Source: the human T2T-CHM13v2.0 reference genome, Homo sapiens
DNA: 64,000 nt
Reading direction: 5' to 3' (one strand)
Assembly (NCBI RefSeq): GCF_009914755.1
Contig: NC_060939.1
Made by a program: the position numbers and the translations under genes. The notes under the pieces are model-generated. The model ran no database searches. It was not told the DNA's origin and saw nothing but the letters and a program-made list of their open reading frames with translations. The stretch's first letter is position 1, and the number at the start of each line of letters is the position of its first letter. This document shows positions 40,334 to 64,000 of the stretch, one piece after another.

Positions 40334-41089
40334 AGTGACCAGATCTGAAGCACTCAACGTCACACCTGCAATGAGGAAGTAACATTTAGTAACCTTTTCT
40401 CCTCAGTACCTTCTTACATTCATCTTCACATAACCAAAATTACAAGTCTTATCTTCCTCACCTCCACCTTGCTCCTCCCCCAGATCTTTCCGTTTCCAGG
40501 TGCATAGGGTAAACATTTTGGGAGCCATCCTTGATCCTTCTTTTTCACCCCATATCCACCCTCATTAGGAAATTGTCAGACCTACCTTGCTATATAGCCA
40601 AATTCCAACACTTCTCACCACCCAGCACATCTCTCATCCCACACGGCATTACCCTACTACTGAAACGACTCCTTCCTTCTGCTCTTGTCCTCTCACAGCT
40701 GATTCTCAAAACAGTGTTTTGAGAGTAGCCAAAGATTCTTAGAATAAGATTCTTTTAAAGTTTAATTCAGAATGGACAGGTGCAGGGGCTCACGCCTGTA
40801 ATCCCAGCATTTTGGGAGGCCGACGCGGGCAGATCACGAGGTCAGGAGTTAGAGACCAGCCTGGCCAACATGGTGAAACCCCGTCTCTACTCAAAATACA
40901 TAAATTAGCTGGGTGTGGTGGCAGGTGCCTGTAATACCAGCTACTCAGGAGGCTAAGGCAGAATTGCTTGAACCCAAGAGCGGAGGTTGCAGTGAGCTGA
41001 GATTGCACCACGGCACTCCAGCCTGGGCGACAGAGCAAGACTCCAACTTTGAAAAAAAAAAAAAAAACAAGTTTAAGTTAGAACATATA

Positions 41090-41328
41090 CAGGTTGAAAA
41101 TTCCAAATCTAAAAATCTGAAATCTGAAATCTGAAATGATCCAAAACCGGAAACTTTTTGGGTGTCAACATGATGCTCAAAGGAAATGCCCGCTGGAGCA
41201 GTTTAGATTTGGAATGTTCCGATTTGGGATGTTCAGCCAGTAAGTACGCAAATATTCCAAGATCCGAAAAAATCTGAACTCCACAACACTTTTGGTCCCA
41301 AGCATTTCGGATAAAGGAACTCAACCTG
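41090..41328. mobile_element. Tigger4a/MER46-type MITE
   Basis: TA|CAGGTTGA ... TCAACCTG|TA terminal inverted repeats with TA target duplication, 239 bp. Confidence 0.88.
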
Positions 41329-41748
41329 TATGTAATTCCTCTGCTCAGAATTTCCCAATGGCGTCCATCTCACTCACAGAAAACCTAGTCTTTGCCATGG
41401 CTACAATATCTGTTTCTCTCTTCCTCTCCGAATCATTCGCATGCCCTCCCGTTCTTCCTCTATCATTCTAGTGCACTTGCATTCCCCTCGTTGCTATTCT
41501 TTGTTCACATCACAGATCCTCCCACCTTTGCACCTCTACATTTTCTGTTCTCTGCCTGGAATATTCTTCCTTAAAAAGTCCTTATGGTTCCCGTGGCTCA
41601 TTCATTTCCATCAGGTATCTAAAATATTGCCTTATGGGAGAGGCCCTGCCTAACCCTCTACATAATATTGCACTTTCTGACACCCCACCTCTCCACATAG
41701 TTCCAGTTTCTCTATTCCCCTATTAACCTGCTTAATTTTTTATAGCAC

Positions 41749-42272
41749 TGTGGTAGATCATGTTTCCATAGAAGGCCTCAACAATATCTGCTACCCCATG
41801 TGCTCTTTTGCAATGTGATCTTGCCACCATCCATGAAAAGGTGGATGGAGTCTGTTTCCCCTCCCTGTGAACTATTTTGATCAATAAAATGTGGCAGAAG
41901 TGATGCTGTATAACTTAAGAGGCTGGGCTTTCAGAAATCTGTACCTTCTGCCTCTGCCCACTTGTTACACTCCCTCTTGAAAGCCAGCCACCGTGCTGTG
42001 AGAAGCCAAAGCCACAGGGAAAGGCCAGGTAAAAAAAGAACTGAGGCCCCCACTGAGTACCCAAACAACAAGCAGGACCAACTGACAGCCAGAAGCGTGA
42101 GCCATCTTGGGGGCTCCAGGTCCAGCCACCAATGAGAGACCCCCAAGTGAGACCAATACATACACCATCCAGATAAGCCCTCTTCAACCCAGAGAATTGT
42201 GAGACACAATACAAGAGTTGTTTTAAGCCAGGAAATTTTGGAATAGTTTATGAACAAGTGACATCTGGAACA
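41749..42272 (+). mobile_element. MLT1-family (MaLR) solo LTR
   Basis: tgtggtag start; ttgttttaagcca...ctggaaca end. Confidence 0.8.
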
Positions 42273-42520
42273 TTATCTTTTACTACCTGACATAGTATGT
42301 ATTTGTTATTCTCTGTCTCTGCCAATTAAAATTTAAATTCCGTGAGAAAAAGGACTTTGCATATTTTGTTCACTAGTATAGTTCGGTCTAGCACTTAGAA
42401 CAGTGTATGACATATCATAAGGAATTCAAAAGTATTTGTTGATTATTCCAAATGGAACTATCCATCTTGGGTTACTAAATGTGAGTTTAGTAACTGAGCT
42501 GAGTAAATAGCAGGGTTTGA

Positions 42521-44644
<2,124 letters not shown>

Positions 44645-44659
44645 TCATCTCATTGTTAA

Positions 44660-45124
44660 CAGTACATTTAGTAATCTTTATCCATTTTGTATATATATAT
44701 ATATTCATAAAGTGGATCATCATAAAGGTCTTCATCCTCAGTCTTCACACTGAGTACACCGAGGAGGAAGCAGCGGAGGGGTTGGTCTTGCTGTCTCAGG
44801 GGTAGCAGAGGCAGAGAAAAATCTGTGTATAAGTGGACCTGCGAACCGCAAACCTGTGCGGTTCAAGGGTCAACTGTATACTTTCTCTTCCTTAAGATTT
44901 CCTTAATAATAATATCTTTTCTCTAGCTTACTTTAAGGATACAGTATACAACATATATAACATGCAAAATATGTGTTAATTAACTCATGTTATCAGTAAG
45001 GCTGCTAGTCAACAATAAACTATTAGTAGTTAAGTTTTTGGGGGAGTCAAAAGCTATAGATGGATTACTGACTTCACAGGGTATCGGTGCCCCCAACCCT
45101 TGAGCTGTTCAAAGGTCAACTGTA
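44660..45124. mobile_element. Two adjacent Tigger2-family fragments
   Basis: Both end in the Tigger2 TIR ttcaa(g/a)ggtcaactg|ta (44876 and 45122). Confidence 0.75.
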
Positions 45125-51290
<6,166 letters not shown>

Positions 51291-52521
51291 GGCATTGGCC
51301 AGGAGGAGCTTACTCAGCCTATGACCAGAACAGGACTCTCATGTTTGCACTTTTGAGAGCCACCAGCCTCTTCGAATGGCTCCAAGCAATGCTCAAGCGG
51401 GACAGACTGATCAAAGAAGACATATCCTCCATCATGCGATGGAGTAGGAGGCCCTAGGTTTAGTGACAAAGTCTGCTGGGACCTGGGTGACTCCTGAATA
51501 GCAGCTGTTCATGAGGTGGCTCGGCATTCCAGCCTACCTCAATTTTACGGTGCCTCCATCTAAACATACACATACATGGTTTGCTCAACCATACACTGAA
51601 AAAACTATTCTCATGCATGCTTATGTTTTATGCCTTTGTCCCTCACTATTAAAAGCCCTTCAAAGGCATCTAATTATGTAAGATATAAATCAAAATATTT
51701 AAAAGGTCTTACAAGGCCCGCTTGACACAACCCTTGCTAATGTGTATTACATAGGTTTGAGCTACTTTCTTGTTGATCTCTGTGATCAGACAAAATGACA
51801 TTTTCAGTTCTTCCCACCTACCACACTCCTCCCACCTTAGGGCTTTTTCATATGCTGGTCCCTCTCCCTGGAAAGCTCTTACTCCTTTTCATCTAGTTAA
51901 TTACTCATCCTTCAAATCTCAGTCCAAATGTCAGTTGCCTAGGAAAGCACTCCCTCATCTCCCAGACTAGGTCATACCCCTCACTGTGCACTGCTCTTCT
52001 GAAACCCTATCTCTTCTTTATAACACTTATCCCAATTGTGGCTATTTCTGAGGCACACTGTAGAGCAGCAATTCTCAATCACATCAGACCCAACTTTTTT
52101 CCTAAAACATATCATTGTGGAAATTTTCATTCATACATAAAAATAGAAGGCTTATTATAACAATCCCCAGTGTTCTGATCAGCCAGCTTCCCCAATTGTC
52201 ACCATACAATTTTTTCTTTAAAGATATTTTGTACCCCCTTTTATTGTAAATATTTTGTAATAACCTTCTTATCCTTCCTGAAATAAAATGCAGAGCTACT
52301 GTAACTTACTTACACATGTAAAACTTCAAATATCAATTAATGTGCTAACTATAATAAAAATGAAAAATTAAAGGAAAGTGAGTTATAAAGTAACATGTAT
52401 ATCAACATATAAATGCTCAGACATGACTATATTAGAAGAATAAAACTATAAATATGACTACTACAAAATCAGACTAATATAGACAGGCATGTGATATTGT
52501 TGATAAAAAATACCATGAATA

Positions 52522-53217
52522 GGATAGGCATGGCGGCTCACGCCTGTAATCCCAGTACTTTGGGAGGCTGAGGCAGTTCAAGACCAGCCTGGCCAACATA
52601 GTGAAATACCATCTCTACTAAACACAAAAATTAGCCAGGCGTGGTGATGCGTGCCCGTAGTCCCACATACTCAGGAAGCTTACGCACGAGAATTGCTTGA
52701 ACCTGGGAGGCAGAGGTTGCAGTGAGCCAAGATCATGCCACTGTACTCCAGCCTGGGTGACAGAGTGAGACTCTGTCTCAAAACAAACACAAACAGCATT
52801 GCTGTCTGCAATATAATTTCCCAAAATAGTGACCAACTCAATAATCTTTCTGAACTAAAGAAAGCACAGTCCCTTGATTTACACATTAACTATGCTTCAG
52901 GCAAAAAATACTCTGTGTTGACCAGGCGCGGTAGCTCACGCCTGTAATCCCAGCACCTGGGAAGCGGAGGCGGGCGGATCGGTAGAGTCCAGGAGTTCAA
53001 GACCAGTCTGGCCAACATGGCAAAACCCCGTTTGTACAAAAAAAAAATTAGCTGGGCTTGCATGCCTGTAATCCCAGCTACTCAGGTGGCTGAGACACAA
53101 GAATCACTTGAACCCAGGAGGCAGAGGTTGCAGTGAGCCAAGACCATGCCACTGCACTCCAGCCTGGGGGGTCAGAGTGAGACCTTACCTCAGAAAAACA
53201 ACAACAACAAAAAAAAT
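52522..53217 (+). mobile_element. Two Alus (52522-52795, 52920-53217)
   Basis: Alu consensus. Confidence 0.88.
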
Positions 53218-53396
53218 ACTGTATGTTTATGTTAAACAAATTTGGTTTGAGGCTCAGATAATTATAAACAGATTTTTCACCTACATGAACATCTTCTGGG
53301 ACATTAGAAAGTGATGCAAGGTTTATGTGTTCTCACCACAAAAACTTATAAGTAATACATATGTTAATTAGTTTCATCTAGCTATTCCACAAGGTA

Positions 53397-54832
<1,436 letters not shown>

Positions 54833-54910
54833 TATATATATATGTCAAGGCACCATATTGTACACAATAAATACATATATTTTATTGCCAATTAAAAAAT
54901 TAATTTTTTT

Positions 54911-55556
<646 letters not shown>

Positions 55557-55669
55557 GCTTTTAGGAAAAACTATTACTACCCCCTCCTGTTTCCTAGCCA
55601 CCGCCACTTCCAGTCAGCCACTCTTGTGAGTTTCTTATTTGTTTTCCAGAGATATTTTTCAATTTTTTT

Positions 55670-55900
55670 GCATGAAAATACAAAACATAAAATTTACCAT
55701 CTTAACCATTTAAGTGTAGTTTAGTGGTATTAAATACATTCATAATGTTGTACAACCAACACTACCATCCGTCTCCATAACTACTTGCATCTTGCATAAC
55801 TGAAACTTTATATCCATTAAACAATAACTCATTTCCCCCTCCCTCAACCCCTAGCAACCACCATTCTACTTTCTGTCTCTATGATTTTGACTATCCTCCA
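55670..55900 (-). mobile_element. L1M 3' end fragment
   Basis: aaatttaccatcttaaccattt...accaccattctactttctgtctctatg. Confidence 0.8.
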
Positions 55901-55921
55901 CAGAGGATATTCTATGCATAT

Positions 55922-56265
55922 ATGGTTGTCCCTCGATATCCATGGGGGATTGGTTCCAGGATCCCCCTCAATACCAAAATCTGAGAATGTTAAAGACCCT
56001 TATATGAAATGGCACAGTATATGCATGTAACCTACACATACCTTCCGTATACTTTAAATCATCTCTAGATTACATGTAAGACCTAATACAATGCCTACAC
56101 ATAACTTCATTTATGTGGATGCAATGTAGTATGTACTCAGCACGTAGCAAATTCAAGTTTTGCTTTTCAGAAATTTGTGAATTTTTTTTCCCCAAATATT
56201 ATCCATCCAAAGTTGGTAGAATCCATGGATGCAGAACCCATGGACGGATATGGAGGAACAATTGT
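55922..56265. mobile_element. MER2 (Tigger-family) element
   Basis: gtccctcgatatccatgggggattggttccagga ... ggatgcagaacccatgga. Confidence 0.85.
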
Positions 56266-56836
56266 ATATGCAATACATAATATTTTTATAAAACCACAGT
56301 GGTTGCAAAATGCACACCCTCTTTTGCACCTTTTCTTTCTCACTATATGGGAGGTCACTCAATATTAGCACATATAGAGCTGGCTCATTCTTTCTAGCAA
56401 ATTCATACATTTATTTAACCAATCCTTCACTGATGAAGACCTGGGAGCTTCTTGATAGTTTCTTTCAGATTAAAACATGCACAAACATGCACACACACAC
56501 ACACACTCGACTGTAGAGTTTCCACTAGTGATTTCACATGCTAGAGGTCCAAGTAGAGCATTCATATGTAACTTGTCTGCCCAGGTGCTCTTATTCATTG
56601 GGTACAGAAATTAATCCTAAACTCTCCACTAAGATACTCCCAATTACAAAACACACAATACATAGACTTCTCACTGAGCCATTCCTGGTCCCAGAACCAA
56701 GTCGTCTAGCATCTTCCATTCCTCTCAACTCTTGTAGAGCAGCCTTCAGACTACACGTGCACTAATCTAGATGTACAATAATCACTATTCATAGTCTTTC
56801 CTTTTTAAATATCTTCCTTTTAATCAAAACAATTGA

Positions 56837-58322
<1,486 letters not shown>

Positions 58323-58619
58323 TTATGGTGGATACAGCACTTATTTGCTAGGTAAGAGAACTTCGCTTACCTAGGATGACAGTCTCAAGTTGCTAAAAGC
58401 CACGGATATCTCAAACTTCTCAATAAGATGCCTTAATCTTACTCTCAAAGATGATTACACAACAAATTGAAAGGGGAAGAGGATGTAAAGCATTTCCTCT
58501 CCACAATTATACACCGAGATTCGGACTAAATATTAAACGGACACAGTAAGCTGTTGTTACTATTTGTTATTAGTTGTTATTATCAAGACGCATCCCACAA
58601 GGAGAGAAACGAAAGGAGG

Positions 58620-59470
58620 AAAAAGAACGGAGGTTGTCAGTCGCGAGAGGTTGAAATGTGTCCCTGGCCTGAGACCTACGGGCTTTAAGGACCAGGGTCT
58701 TTGGACTCCCTGCCCAACTGGGGACGAAGGAGGTCAGTGGCTTCCCCTAAAGGTCAAGGCTTTGGAGCCACGTTTCCTTCTGGGGCTGGGAGCAGAGCTG
58801 GAACGCCCCCGCGAAAATCCGTACCCCGAAGCCAGCAGCACCGCCTGCCCATAAACCCGCGCCGGCTCTGGGAGAGTGGACCACCAGGTTGCCCCTGAGC
58901 CGCAGCCTGCAGGAGTAGAAACCCGGTGGTGTCTTGCAGCCCCACAACCTCCCTAAGGGGCAGACGACCAGGACCCTTGGGCTCCGATACGCTCAACGCA
59001 GGCCGGCCCGTCGATACTCACATTCACAGCCAACCCCTCTTACTCCATCAGGCCGCCGAGAGCCAGGCGAGGGAGCTCCCTGACGCCTCAGACGCCCCCT
59101 TCAGTTTTGGGTCCGGGAGCCTGCTCCGGACCCGCTCCCCGCCGGGCCCCGCCACAGCCGCCGCCAACGCGCAGGCGCACACCGAAGCCGTCACGCTCGC
59201 TTTTTTTTCCTTTGCCGTCCGCAGTTCTCAATAATCTAGCTTTATTTGAACACAAGAGAGTGAACAACGGACACACAGGAAGAGGTTTTTCTCAAAAAGA
59301 ATGGAGGAAGAACAAAGGCAGGCCCGCTTGCGGGAGAGTCAGTACGCAGCGTTGGACGCTATGAACAGCCTCCCTGGTCCCTTTTTCATTCTCCTTGTTT
59401 CTCCTTGTTCTTTCCCGGCCTCCCTGTAGCTCCTACTCTCTTCCTTGGTGTCCCGCCATTTCCTTTAGTC
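58620..59470 (-). promoter_or_regulatory. ZNF106: CpG island / ubiquitous promoter of ZNF106 with NRF1-like site
   Basis: High CpG and GC density. CGCGCAGGCGCA at 59168-59179 is close to NRF1 consensus YGCGCAYGCGCR. YY1-like CCGCCATT at about 59453. Confidence 0.8.
59022..59200 (-). other. ZNF106: ZNF106 non-coding first exon (5' end approximate)
   Basis: CpG-rich segment ending in donor GAAT|gtgagt at 59022/59021. Exon 2 acceptor lies downstream. TSS cannot be fixed from sequence alone. Confidence 0.8.
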
Positions 59471-59539
59471 AGTGGCAACTGTTCGGGCTACATTTTGAAA
59501 ACACTCCTTCCTTGTAAAACTTTCTGAAGTTGAATGGAA

Positions 59540-60859
<1,320 letters not shown>

Positions 60860-61010
60860 TCAAGGGTTGTGGTACGCTGCTCATTCTATTCTCCTTCAAA
60901 GGCATGCAATGGAGGAACTATTTTACCCTATAAACTCTGGGCCATCATTCAGGGAAAAGCCTGTAGAAGACCACAGTCAGATATTGGTGAGTGCCAAGGT
61001 AACGCTAGAT

Positions 61011-63495
<2,485 letters not shown>

Positions 63496-63499
63496 ACAC

Positions 63500-64000
63500 C
63501 TCCCAGCTTCGGGCAGGACTGAAATCTATCCGGTTAACTAGTGAATTCCCAGACTCTCCGTCTGCGTGGCAGGGACATTTAAACCCCCAGCACCGTGATT
63601 GGCTCCAGCTGCAGGGGTGTGTCTGTGTCCGCGGCGAACGGGAAGTGAGCAGGCGCGCGGGCTCGGCGCGCGCAGGCGCGACTAGGGTGCAGCGCCAGGT
63701 CCGGTGTTGGGGTGTCCGAGTTGCCGCCGGAGAGGAGTGGCCTCGCCCGCTTGGTGAGTCTCCAGGAGTGGGACGGAGGGAGCTGGCCGGGATGAAGTCT
63801 GAGACTATGTCCTGAGAAGAAAGAGTGTATCGTATTGGTTGAAAAGTTGGTGGGGTCGGGCTTAAGCGGAGGAGGGGGCTCTCTGGCCCTTACTCGGCAG
63901 ATGGGCCCGGAGAGAGGACGGGAGGTGCCGGGAGAACATCGAGGGACCAGTGGAGGAAGGGTAGCTGGATGGTAATTCTCTGGACCCTTCCTCGAAATTA
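63500..64000 (+). promoter_or_regulatory. SNAP23: CpG-island promoter (SNAP23)
   Basis: Reverse CCAAT (GATTGG, about 63597), ETS/GABP-type GGAAGTG at 63641, NRF1-like CGCGCAGGCGCG at 63669-63680. Confidence 0.75.
63650..63753 (+). other. SNAP23: SNAP23 non-coding first exon (5' end approximate)
   Basis: CpG-rich, donor TTG|gtgagt at 63753/63754. Sequence matches my recollection of the SNAP23 5' UTR, and SNAP23 is the known head-to-head neighbour of ZNF106. No SNAP23 coding sequence is in the window. Confidence 0.75.

Larger units (their letters stand above)
40440..42440 (+). mobile_element. L2 remnant interrupted by an Alu (40774-41070), Tigger4a and MLT1
   Basis: L2 3' motifs (ctctgcctggaat, agcacttagaacagtg, tatttgttga). 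Confidence 0.7.

Noticed and set aside
51330-51560. Unique-looking, slightly CpG-containing stretch that might be a pseudogene fragment or cryptic exon
   Set aside because: The frames I read by hand are short and resemble nothing I recognise; no convincing splice-site pair.
52060-53320. Possible hAT/Charlie-type DNA transposon remnant around two Alus
   Set aside because: Ends are too degenerate to assign a family or boundaries by eye.
58564-59364. Several ORFs in the ZNF106 CpG island
   Set aside because: Mostly non-ATG starts, explained by GC richness, with no recognisable domain.

Overview
Human (primate) genomic DNA, very Alu-dense. It carries the 5' part of ZNF106 (ZFP106) on the - strand: a CpG-island non-coding exon 1 near 59.0-59.2 kb, then 13 coding exons that I spliced by hand from ATG 40333 down to 3432. 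All have GT-AG boundaries and consistent phases. They encode two matrin/U1-type C2H2 fingers, a large low-complexity region, a coiled coil and the first two WD40 repeats; the gene continues left of the window. There is a second, E-box-rich internal promoter region at about 25.3-26.1 kb. The CpG-island first exon of SNAP23 (+ strand) lies at the far right, head-to-head with ZNF106. The rest is introns full of Alu, L1, L2, MIR, LTR (THE1, MLT1, ERVL-type) and DNA-transposon (Tigger2/4, MER2, MER5, MER6, MER20) remnants. Gene and repeat names come from recognising the sequence, not from a database search. I found no wholly new system. The best leads are a strictly periodic tryptophan array in exon 5 resembling GW182 Argonaute hooks, an overlapping uORF whose AUG is created by splicing, and a 150-nt hybrid exon acting as an isoform switch.
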